DNA of 64,000 bases, taken from NCBI GenBank assembly GCA_040954595.2, contig CM082580.2, forward strand, positions 2,408,783 to 2,472,782, read 5' to 3'. The notes below the pieces were generated by a model, which worked only from the letters and a program-made list of their open reading frames with translations, ran no database searches and was not told where the DNA came from. Origin of the DNA: Balanoglossus misakiensis. Lineage: Eukaryota; Animalia; Hemichordata. The position numbers and the translations under genes were made by a program. Of this stretch, positions 1 through 10,761 are shown piece by piece (within the stretch, counting starts at the first letter, position 1; each line of letters begins with the position of its first letter).

Positions 1-999
1 ATCTGGATGGATGAAAATCGGTTGAAGATGAATGACAGTAAAACAGAATTCATATGTTTTGGGTCAAGAGTACATCTGCAGAAGGTTGTGTCGAAGACGT
101 TAACGGTCAATGAATGTGACATCGAACGGACGCCGGTGATAAAATACCTTGGCTTTGATCTCGACGAACATCTGTCGATGAGGAAGAACATCTCGAGGAA
201 GTGCGCAATTGCAGCAGGAAATATACAAAGATTGAAGCTAATTAAACAATACTTGAATCTTGATGCAAGGAAAATCATAGCATCAGGCATGATTCTTTCA
301 CATTTGGACTATGCTAACTCTCTTTATGCAGGACTTCCGGAATGTGACATAAAGAAACTACAGCGGATTCAAAACATGGCAGCTAAGACAATTCTGGACA
401 AAAGTAAATATGACAGTGCCACCGAATGCTTGAAAATTCTACATTGGCTACCTGTGCATCTCAGAATCGATTATAAAATATGTTGTTTAAAGTTTAAATG
501 CAATCGTAATGAAGCACCAGAGTACTTAATATCTATGTTAACTCCATCTGCAGTCAGGCGTGTAGGACTTCGGTCAAGTTGTAATTCTGAAAGTTCATAC
601 GAGATTCCAAGAACATTTCGTAAAACCTTCGCAGATAGGGCATTCAGTGTTCAGGGCCCTAAAAGGTGGAATGGATTACCAATATGATTGAGAAAAGCAG
701 AATCATACAAACAGTTCAAGGCAGACCTAAAAACTTACCTTTTTGGTAAATTCTAGGTGTCTGTTTCCGTTTGTAGCAGCAAGTAAATGAACACCGTTTG
801 GGTCTATTTCACGCTGAACTGTTAGCACTTTGTAGTATGGACACTATTTGTATATTTTCATTTGAGGTTATACGTATTTTTCTCTTCTTTCTGGTAACAT
901 GTTCTCATTTTCTTACTATGTATTTATTGTAAAGCGGATTGGATAATGGTTTTCGTTGACACTTCGCTATATAAATTAACTAATTCTAAATTCTAATTC
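1..999 (+). mobile_element. 3' end of a decayed L2/CR1-group LINE (RT C-terminus, 3' UTR, short-repeat tail)
   Basis: ORF 7-687 has the post-YADD RT signature (LKMNDSKTE, KYLG, SHLDYANSL, LQRIQNMAAK, LHWLP, RAFSVQGPKRWNGLP). There is a premature TGA at 685-687, but the frame continues as ...FKADLKTYLF to TAG at 756. The 3' UTR ends in tgtaaagcgg...ttcgctatataaat plus a TAATTC-like tail, typical of L2-group 3' ends. Confidence 0.9.
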
Positions 1000-3549
1000 A
1001 TGTGCAACAAGTACCACGCTGGCATCCCTTTCATTGACCCCACAATTACGCATGCACATAATTATTGAGTTACGCAGGTGTCGCAGGTAACCCCCGAATC
1101 GGGCGTATTATTTTGGTCCCATACAGCTGCATGTAGCTGCGTGCCACTACGGGCGACCTGATAACCCCCACGGCCATCTGCGGGCCGACCCCCATACTGA
1201 ATGTCCAGTTGCAACGTCACGACTTAAGTAGGAACTTTTGAACGGCAACGAAGCCTGATCTCTGATTATTGCTGGTACAATACTCCCTTCGTGCAAGAAA
1301 ATCACTGGTCTGCTGACGTATTTCGGCCGATTTCCCGAACTAATACCCACTACATGTGACTACCATGCTAATGAAACCTGACTCGCACATTAGCGACTGA
1401 GGGTCAAAGTCCGCTGCCGCAATGTTAACCAGCGTAGCCGGGTCTGGATAGAAACATTTGAACGGCAACAGCTAACAAACTCATCGTAATTCAATAAAAC
1501 GCCCTAACTCAGCCTGAACTCCGATTATGTGTTGTCCCAAAATTCATTCCGTGGAAAATAATCACTGGTCTGTTTACGTATTTCAGCCGATTTCTGGATA
1601 GAAACATTTGAACGGCAACAGCAAACAAACTCAGCGTAATTCAATAAAACGCCCTAACTCAGCCTGAACTCCGATTATGTGTTGTCCCAATATTCATTCC
1701 GTGGAAAATAATCACTGGTCTGTTTACGTATTTCAGCCGATTTTCCAAGGACTACTACTGCAATCCAACAATACGTAATGACGGTCAAAGTCCGATGCCC
1801 CAGTGTTCGTCCTCAGCCCACCAAAAAATGCGAAAAATATTACAAAAATCTTCTTCTCAGAATCGACGTGGCGTAGAACCTTGAAATTTGGCACAGGGGA
1901 TTTTGGCCACATGGTCTACAAAAATCGCGAAAAGAATGTACATGCCCCCATAAACGGGCAAATTAGGTTAATTTGAAAATTTCGCTTGATTATAGCCACC
2001 AAGTCACGTGGCTAATTACAAATTCAAAGGGCAGGTGCACCAGTACTCATGGGCCCCAACCACCGTGCCAAATTTGGTAGGCGCAGCTGCCGGAATTTCA
2101 AAGAAAAACGGGCGCAAAAAACGACTCAAGAAGAAAGCAGAAATATAGCTGCAAGCAGCGATGACGGGCACAAGCTTAAGCCGAAGGTCAAAGGTCATAT
2201 GTGGTCACCCAAAATTTGGGCAAACGTTTTGATCCCAATACTAGTCCAGGTTCAACAGAAACCAGACCTCTAGCCCTATTGGATTGTCTGAAATTAGATA
2301 TGCGCATAATTAATGATGTAAAGTGTAAGACTCCATTAATAGTTCGATCCATCCGAACACAAATGCTGTACCTGTTCTGGATGCCGAGATACAGGAAAGT
2401 AGGTCAAAGGTCACCTGAGGCCACCCGAAAGTTGGGCAAACATTTTTGACCCCATACTAGTCCAGGTCCAACAAAAACCAGACCTCTAGCCCTATTGGTT
2501 CGCCTAGAATTAGATATGCACATAATTAATGAGGTAAAGTATAAGGCTCCATTAGGATTTCCATGCCTCCAAATGCCAAGGCTGTATCTGCGTGGGTTGC
2601 CGAGATATGGTAAAGTAGGTCAAAGGTCACCTGAGGTCACCCAAAATTTGGCAAGAAATTTTAACCCCATACTGGTCCATGTTCAACAAAAATCAAACCT
2701 CTAGCCCTATTGGCTAGCCTGGAATTAGGTATGCACATAATTAATGAGTTAAGCAGGTGTCACAGGTGACCCTTAAATCTGGCTTCTTATTTTGGTCCCA
2801 TCCACCCAAACACAAAAGCTGTACCTGCTCTGGATGCCGTGATATGTGGAAGTAGGTCAAAGGTCACCCAAGGTCACCCAAAATTTGGGCAAAGATTTTT
2901 GATCCCATACTGGTCCATGTCCCACAAGGACAAAACCTCTAGCCGTATTAGTAAGCCTGGAATTAGGTATGCACATAATTAATGAGTTAAGCAGGTGTTA
3001 CAGGTGAGCCCAACATTTTGCCTTTTATTGTGGTCCCATTCTGCTCACGGGCCAATAGAGAGTCACTGTACAGGACCATTGCACAGTCGAAGTGGACATA
3101 GCGTCAAACTTAACTATTGAAAGTATAGGCCTATGGCTGGGTCCAAAAATATGAAAAATAAAAACGTCTTCTTCTCAAAATAGACTTGGCCCACGGCCTT
3201 GACATTTGGCATGTAGGACACTGACCACATGGTCCTAAAAAATGTCCATTCATATGCAAATTAGGTCCATTTGAAAACTTTGCCCATATATGGTCATCAG
3301 GTCACATGACTTATTAAACATTCACAAAGGTACTACACCAGCTCCCATAGGCCTGCACCACTGTGCCAAGTTTGAGATTTGTAGGTTCAGCCGTTTTCAA
3401 GATCTACCTGAGCAAAAAAACTACACAAGAAAAAAAAAAGATGAAAAACCCCAGTAATACCAATAGGGCACAAGCCTGCTTGGTTTGTGCCCTAAAAACT
3501 CCAGCAATAACAGAAGAGGCACAAGCGCCTGAGGGCGCTTGTGCCCCTA
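1000..3549 (-). mobile_element. Small nested pair of HINE/Helentron-like elements (outer divergent copy interrupted by an inner copy at 2143-3494)
   Basis: The inner copy has the same architecture as the large array: GCTGC-AA-GCAGC stem-loop and GGGCACAAGC subterminal repeat at 2143-2176, ~240 bp internal repeats, and a hairpin head at 3464-3494. A second, divergent head at 3515-3549 closes the outer copy. The outer body (1000-2142) shares repeat and 5'-region sequence and is cut on the left by the LINE. Confidence 0.75.
1443..1742. repeat. 150-bp direct tandem duplication
   Basis: ctggatagaaacatttgaacggcaacagc...tatttcagccgatt occurs at 1444 and 1594 with near identity. A more degenerate related segment lies at ~1230-1335. 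Confidence 0.9.
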
Positions 3550-3552
3550 ATT

Positions 3553-3605
3553 AGACAAGACAATACAAGACAAGACAAGACAAGGCAATACAAGACAAGA
3601 CAATA
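3553..3605. repeat. (GACAA)n pentanucleotide microsatellite
   Basis: Imperfect agacaagacaatacaagacaagacaagacaa run read directly. Confidence 0.85.
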
Positions 3606-3869
3606 TAATGTGGATTCCACACAGGGAAATTAATATGCTAAAATGCATTCCATGTATTCCACGTGCACTATATTTATTAGGACTAGAAGTTGGAAACGCT
3701 AATTATTCGACGTGTTCTTATGCTATAAACGATTGCAACTACATCAAGGAAACTGTGCTCCCATTGAATTAGATTTAGTACATCCATGATTAAATGAAAT
3801 TATTAAAAAATAGCGTCAAGGACACTGTGGTTCCATTTGAGGATTACACAGAAATGGGATACACCAGAA

Positions 3870-4762
3870 TAAAAATTACAGGTGACATTGCAAGCAGATA
3901 TGATCTAATCATATAGAAATATGGAATGTACAAAAATTAACAAGGAACATGCCCAATAAACTGTCATGTGTCATGGCAGTCTTACAAGTGGTGCTAGAAA
4001 AATTTATTTTGACCAAAATTGTCTGTACAAACACATGTGACAAGCAACTTCTTTCAGTCAGCCCTAGAACAGACAGACACACACACAGAAAAAAATTGAC
4101 AAAAATTGCAAAAATTTCCCCAATAACAAATGCAAATATTTTTTTACAACATCTTACTAAGGTTACCCTTAGGAACATGCCCACCAAAGTTCAAACCAAT
4201 CTGGCATGCTGTTTTAGAGAGAGAAAAAAATTGACCAAAAATGGCAAAAATTGCTCAAAATTATAAATATGCAAACTTTGCAGCAATTTGAACAAAACTA
4301 TGGTTACTCTGACAACCTATGGGAAGCTTCGTACTAAATTTCAATTAGGCCATTCACTTTCAGAAATGAAGTTTTTTTACCAATTATATGGAAAAATACA
4401 AAAAAAAATTCATAAAAAATAGAAAATCAATAATTTTAACTCAAAACGTGCAGGACTGTTTTAGGTAAACATAAGGTACAATCATGCCAAATTTCAAATC
4501 ATTCTGACCAGTGGTTGTTGAGATTTTGAGTTTTGACCAATTTCACATTTTCCCAGCTAATTTGCATTTTTTGGCAATGACAACTTCATTTGAATAAACT
4601 CCCATCTACAGCCTGTAATGCATCTGAACACCAAATATCAAGGTTATTCGCGCAGCGGTTTTCAAGTTTTTGATGTGGACGGACATACAGACATACATCC
4701 ATACATACATACAGACGCAACTGATTCCATAAGGTCCCATGGTACATACCAATGGGACCTAA
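3870..4762 (-). mobile_element. Second, unrelated HINE/DINE-1-like non-autonomous element (left boundary uncertain)
   Basis: Terminal hairpin aggtcccat-ggta-ca-tacc-a-atgggacct at 4732-4760 is followed by an A-run and adjoins an (ACAT/ACGG)n microsatellite at 4677-4715. The hairpin-spacer-microsatellite layout and orientation match the large array, but the sequence is different. Confidence 0.55.
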
Positions 4763-4821
4763 AAAATCAATAATACCAATAAAGATACATAATTCTAGAT
4801 ATCAGAGATAAGTAAACAAAC

Positions 4822-4897
4822 TTTCTCTCTCTCTCTCTTTCTCTCTCTTCCACTGTCTCTCCCTCTCTTTCTCTCTCTCCCTCCCCTTTTCTCTCGC
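4822..4897. repeat. (CT)n-rich microsatellite (intronic)
   Basis: Imperfect CT dinucleotide run read directly. Confidence 0.9.
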
Positions 4898-4951
4898 TCA
4901 TGATTTCTTCCCCATTTTCTCCGGCTACTAGCAATGAATCAAAATACTCAC

Positions 4952-5112
4952 CCCTGAATAGAGAAGTAATTTGTTTGTGTTTCCCGGTTCAAGTCTACGT
5001 AGGGACTGTCCACCAATCGTTCTTTGCTGAACCAATCCGTCTTAGTGCTGTCCGTGCCGTTGAATATGAAGTAAGTCACTTCACTGCCCTCCGTGTACAA
5101 CGCCACCTTCAC
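4952..5112 (-). CDS. Exon 3 of an uncharacterised secreted protein
   Basis: ttacag acceptor and GTGAGT donor. It enters in phase 0, matching exon 2, and translates open as VKVALYTEGSEVTYFIFNGTDSTKTDWFSKERLVDSPYVDLNRETQTNYFSIQG. It is missing from the ORF track. The gene continues to the left, probably beyond the window. Confidence 0.85.
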
Positions 5113-5219
5113 CTGTAATATAAAAATGCCATCAGCGTGAGATGCTTAATCTAGTATGCAGGGGTTTGAAACAATCATTCAATTTGACGACGAGGCGTTT
5201 TGTAATGGCGCCTTTTCAG

Positions 5220-6018
5220 TGAAATTTCCTTTACATGAAAAATTGATATTTGTTTCCCTCCACTCTGTAGTTTATAGACCTGTTTTACAATGGCATTGCA
5301 TGAAAAGTTGTGATTTTTGCCAAATTTTACTTTTTTTACATAAATCGGTAGATCTATTACTGATCCACATTCTGGATAATGCGTCTTGGCGGAAATGGTG
5401 CATAATCACCCAAAAATAGCACTTTTCTGAATGAGTCCACAGCTTAACAAATAGGTGTCAACAATGCAAAATGGCCGTTTTCCCAGTTTGCATTTTCGCT
5501 GCTCTTGACAACTTCAGAAGAATTTAGCTTCGCTCTGCGTTGGCCGAATTTGTTCGAATTTTAACAGGGGATTGTGTATGGCCCATCCAACAAAACGATT
5601 TTTTAGTCGATAAAGTGTCCCTGGCGGGAATAAACTCCGATTCAATACAACTCACCGTGAATTTGATCAAATTTTCTAGAAATCTAACTTTCAAACGCTG
5701 TTACTCCTCAATGGAAGCAGATAACGCAAAACTAAATTACCGATTTTTTGCACGTGTACTCTAGTTTCGAATGACATATTAAGATGCATGATGCATGGTC
5801 AACTTTTTTACCTAAATTAAATTGAATGACATAATATCAAAAATGGGTTTTTAACCCAAACGCCACCGTTCCCGGGGTTTAATAATATATGCAACTCAAA
5901 CAAAAGTTCAAAAACTCAGCTTCCAGAATACATATGGTTTATGGGGGTTTTACCGTTGTCTTTGATGAGAAATAGGCCTCTGAAAAAGTCTTGACGGTTT
6001 CGTGCAATGCAACCTTAA
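5220..6018. mobile_element. Possible truncated non-autonomous DNA transposon (Kolobok-like end) in an intron
   Basis: The right end ...gtgcaatgcaacc-TTAA resembles the YY-TTAA terminus of Kolobok elements. No matching left TIR was found, so the boundaries are approximate. Confidence 0.35.
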
Positions 6019-6162
6019 TCCAGGTACTATGTTGGCACTCTTTCCCTTGGTATTTTTTCTTTACTTGTTCTTTTTTTATGTGTGTGCTTCTCTTGTATAC
6101 TCAGTTAATGTTGAGTCTCTTTCCATAATATAATGAGAATACAAATAGAAAACACATCTTAC

Positions 6163-6344
6163 CAGTTCGATGTCGAGGTAGCTCCAGTTATCAACGTGTG
6201 CACTCTTGTAATGTTGTGGAAACGAGTTGTCTAAATACATTGCTTCTTTGTTATCTTCATTTACTGGATGGCCTTCAGTCCATAAATTGTACAAGTCGCC
6301 GCCGATGTCCTCGACTCCCTTGAAAACCAAAGTCCATTCCAAAT
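6163..6344 (-). CDS. Exon 2 of an uncharacterised secreted protein
   Basis: ttacag acceptor and GTAAGA donor. It enters in phase 1, matching exon 1, and encodes DLEWTLVFKGVEDIGGDLYNLWTEGHPVNEDNKEAMYLDNSFPQHYKSAHVDNWSYLDIEL (within ORF 6076-6342). Confidence 0.85.
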
Positions 6345-6577
6345 CTGTAACAAAGCGGACGTGAATTTCAGATCAAGGCAAACTACAACATTTCAGTCGC
6401 ATTTATCGCGCTAAATAGCCCCTCTCCGATAAGTTTGGGACTTCTTCGGTGATGTAGAGGTGTGATTTTGTCCACCGACCGGGCTGTCTGTTGTCGACAT
6501 CAATTTCAAACACTCCACCAATTGATGACATGTGAACGACATGAATAAACAAAATAGGCCAAATAAAATCCACTTAC

Positions 6578-6662
6578 CGCAGCCTCCTTCCGCGATTCGA
6601 AAACAGCATATTACAGAGAAGAGCCAAAAAGCCATACAAGTCATGTAACCGTGTGGTTGCAT
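6578..6662 (-). CDS. Exon 1 (signal peptide) of an uncharacterised secreted protein
   Basis: ATG at 6662, then MQPHGYMTCMAFWLFSVICCFRIAEGGC, a hydrophobic core followed by small residues. A perfect GTAAGT donor in phase 1 is compatible with exon 2. Confidence 0.75.
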
Positions 6663-7357
6663 TGATGTCTATCGCGATCTGCCTTCGTCGCTCCCTTGGT
6701 TTGTATGTGGAGTACTTGATCAACGCCGTTCCATAAGTACTACAAGATGTTCGTCTCTTTGAAAAGGGGTTTTGAACCCATCACCTGGGGCCCTGCGTAT
6801 ATAACGCCATCGGGCGTGGAATGTGATATGGTCCATGGTAAGCTTTGATTATTCATACCAGTAAGATGAAAGGGGGATTTAAAAATGATATGGGGACGAT
6901 CGATGTCTCGTTCCAGGCAACAGTTATTCTATAAAGCAATACTCCGAGGAAACCGGATCACCCTTTCCTTTGTCATAGGTAGGATTAAACGAGAAATAAA
7001 GCCTTTATGTTTTCTAAGTGGGTTCTTACTGTTTTGCCAAAAGCAAGAAATCCATAAGGACACTGCATATGCCTGACCATACGAATACGAGAACTTTCCA
7101 TTAGGGGTACAAAAATGTATTAAATTCCAATTTCCCCAAACCGTACAGCTTTTAAGTATACACAGGGCCTTCAATTGGCTGCCTGTGACCATGCGCAGAA
7201 TGCCCTAGTGACACACTCACTTTAAGTTAAACGGACTTACTGGGATCTTTGTCCACGGTTTAATTTCTGTTACTTAATAGACGCTCCGCGCCGCAGCGCA
7301 CTCACAGCGATTTCCCAAAAGCACGCTCTCAGTCTGGAAGTCTCCCCCCCCCCCCCG

Positions 7358-7406
7358 GGCAAACCACAGTCCCTCAATCACATAGATAGAGGGACTGTGG
7401 GCAAAC
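7358..7406. mobile_element. 35-bp palindromic mini-insertion or footprint with 7-bp target duplication
   Basis: GGCAAAC + cacagtccctc-aatcacatagata-gagggactgtg + GGCAAAC. Confidence 0.7.
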
Positions 7407-10379
7407 ATTACACTGTGTACTAATGGTTGCTATTCTGCCGAAGACCATCACTCGGAGGCAGAAATGCATCCCTCTATATTTCCAGAATAAGTGGAAGATT
7501 TATAGCAAATTAAAACCATTTCCCACGCAGCATGAAATTCCTGAGCCCATTGTTCATTACAAGTCCAAAGGAAGGGTCGCGCGCGTAGCTGGAGATTGAA
7601 ATAATCTTTCCTTTCTGCAATTAAATTACTGATATCAGTCTCGAAACAGTCAACTCGTGTCGCTTTGTCCATGGCATGACATTCACATTGCATTCACAAC
7701 AGACTCCATTAGGTCACTAACAATTCATCATCTTGCCTCTGATTTTAGTTGAATTCTTCAAAAAAGTCCGCATCCCTTAATTCATTTGCATCGGTTATGA
7801 TGCGCGTCCAAGGCAACAGCTGGATCTCATCATTTATCAACAATACAAATCAAGTATTCAAGTATAGTTAGCAAAACCAGTTTATTGCTTATAAATCGTT
7901 CATAGAGATTAAAAATGTGTTACAAAAATAGCCTCAAAGGAGATATCATATTATGTACAATGCACCGTGTGAAAAGTCAGTTTTAGTTGGTTTAAAGGAT
8001 AGGTGCAGCGAGTGTGACTTTCGTGCACGACTCGCTAAAATGATCATGATTTCTCTGACGAGTGGAAAAGACATATCCAAACTTTTTTTAAGAAACATGA
8101 AATCCAACTTGGATTGCAATACAAACTCAGTCATTTCCAGTAATTTTCATGCACGGCATAATATCAAACTGTACCGAGTGAAGTCGTGACACGTGTTTGT
8201 AGAATAACTGCACTCGTGTTTGTGCGTTTGAGTGTGCCACTGTCCGTGTGACCAACTACTTTGGGTTGGCGCATGGCCTTCCGTGAATTCTTTGGCACTC
8301 AAAGGAAAATATTGTACATCGCAATCTAGTACAGTCGGACATCACTTCATGATGTATTGACGTCAGTAATAAAAGAGGATAAATACAAATATTATATATG
8401 CAGTTCTGAGTTTGCGGCACAATTAGTGGAGCGGCCAAACCCCAATTTTCATGGCGATTGTGCATTTTGTGATAAAAGCACCAAACTTGGCTCAGATGTG
8501 TGTTACTGTGTACTAAGCAAATTCAGATAGCGAGCCACTTAATATCTGTTAACGGGTAGCCATGGCAATCATTTTTCAAAATGGCCGCCACTACATTAAA
8601 CTTTCCCACAAAATAACGACTAAAGAACACCAAGGTAATTTCAGATTATGATATTTAAAACCAGAAACTATAGAAAGGGTGATTTGCAAAGTATTTGTGG
8701 TCACCGAAATAGTTATAAATACAGAATAAAGGATAAAAAACAGTTTAATGTCTACAGTGGAGCGGCATAACAGATCGATTTTGCATTTTGTGATAAAAGC
8801 ATCAATCTTGGCTCAGATGCGGTTAATGTGTACTAAACAAATTCAGATAGCGAGCCACAATATCTGTTGATGAGTTTCTATGGCAACCATCTTTTCATTT
8901 TTTTTTCAAAATGGCCGCCAATACAGATAATCTCACCCACAAAATAACAATTATAAAACACCAAAATAAATTCATATTACAATATTTGAAACAAGAAACT
9001 GCTCAAAGAGTAATTTTCAAAATATTTATCGTCACTAAACTAGTTATAGGGGTAAATACAGGATCTAGATTCAGTCACTAGAGAAATTCAAGTTTGGTAA
9101 TAACCCTGGTTACAACAAACTTAGTTAAAACACTGTATAACCATAGATATATTAAAATAGTGGCCTGGCATAAACAAAATTTTCATAAGATTTGGGCATT
9201 TTGTGATAAAAGTTTAACAAGTAAAGCTCAGTTGATTCGTTATTTTCCCCATAAAAATATCTTTGATGAACAAAATTCCAAATTTAGTCAACCCAGGAAA
9301 AAACGGCATCTTGTTTCTCAACCTTATAAATTGATCTGACCAGTTTGAATCAGTGCAGAATCTAGCTTTTTATCTTCATCAAATGATTCATGCAAATAAT
9401 TTAAAGAATCACTTCCCCATAAGATGGTGGCAGAAAGCCAGTATCATGACAGTCGATTGGTTTGTTAAAGTTACTATAGAAACTAACTATGTCTAGGTTG
9501 CATGTACATAGATAGATGTTAGGAATCAAAATCAAAATCTGTTTCAAACTTTTCATCCAATACTTGTCCTTCGGAAAGCGTTTTGATGAAGTTGCTTGAA
9601 GTGCTTTGTATTGCTCATGTTATCGATAATTTTAATTGCACCTTGATCATAATAGTCAGCAGTTCTGTTTTGACATGTTATTTTGTGTATTTTTGAACCC
9701 CCAAAATCAAATAATAAAATGATAAAGTGAAAATAAGCTTCAAAACACCAAAAGTCTTCAGGATCACAGCTTTTCTGTAAAGAGTAATTACTTCATGCTA
9801 TTAAATGAAATGAAGCTTTCCGTAATATCTCTTGGAAAGTCAGATCTTTACACATTGAGATATTAGAATGGAAGTACATTCCAAGTGACTTGTTGGGAGC
9901 CTTGGGCCACCTAATCCCAGAAAATTGCAATAAGACCTGCTTTTCCATTTACCAATCTATTAACGTTTCAGCAATTCGACTTTAGTTTCTTTAATTTCCT
10001 ATGGCATTTTGACAAACATCAACGCCCCGAAAAAACGTTGTCAACGCTGCGGTCGCGATTGTGGTCGAAACAAAGCCGACATTTTCGCATGGTTCGTTAC
10101 CCGGGGTCCATTGCGTTTGAGGCCCTATGTGTATGTCTGTCGACCAATAAACGCGACGGCCGCGGACTCAGTTTGGATCAACGTCTATTTCGGGCAGTGG
10201 ACTCTCCTATCAAGTTGATAAGGAAATTTTACCAGTCACGAGTAAGCCAAGCCCACATCCGTGTGCAATTCGAATATATCGGTGATCTGTTTATGATTAT
10301 CATTAGCTAAGGTGGTAAACTGTTGTGATTCATATGTGTAATTTACGTACTGCAAGTTAAATATCGCAATTAGCCTAAT

Positions 10380-10406
10380 GTTTGACCATAGACAGTATGG
10401 TTTGAC
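10380..10406. mobile_element. 13-bp footprint with 7-bp target duplication
   Basis: GTTTGAC + CATAgacagTATG + GTTTGAC. Confidence 0.6.
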
Positions 10407-10761
10407 TTCTAGAGGAGCACCTATTAATCCGAGAACAAAGGGATTAAAAGTTATGCCTTTAAATTGTGTTTTGATAACTTACCTACCCCTATAAGTAGTT
10501 TAGTAACCATAATATCTTTGTAAATCAGTCTTTCCACAGTTCCTTGTATCAAATATAGTAATCTAAATTTATTTTGGTGTTTACAGTTGTTATTTGGTGG
10601 GTGAAATTATCTGTATTGGTGGCCATTTTGAAAAATTGGTTGCCATGGAAACTCATCAACAGATATTTAGTGGCTCGCTATCTGAATTTGTTTAGTACAC
10701 ATTAACACACATCTGAGCCAAGTTTGGTGATTTTATCACAAAATGCACAATCGCTATGAAA

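Noticed and set aside
6798-6804. TATA box for the secreted-protein gene
   Set aside because: The motif fits better on the opposite strand and the transcription start is unknown, so it is too weak to call.
9060-10440. Transposase inside the Academ-like element
   Set aside because: Only short ORFs without recognisable motifs are present, so the element is non-autonomous. No Rep/helicase ORF exists in the window either.
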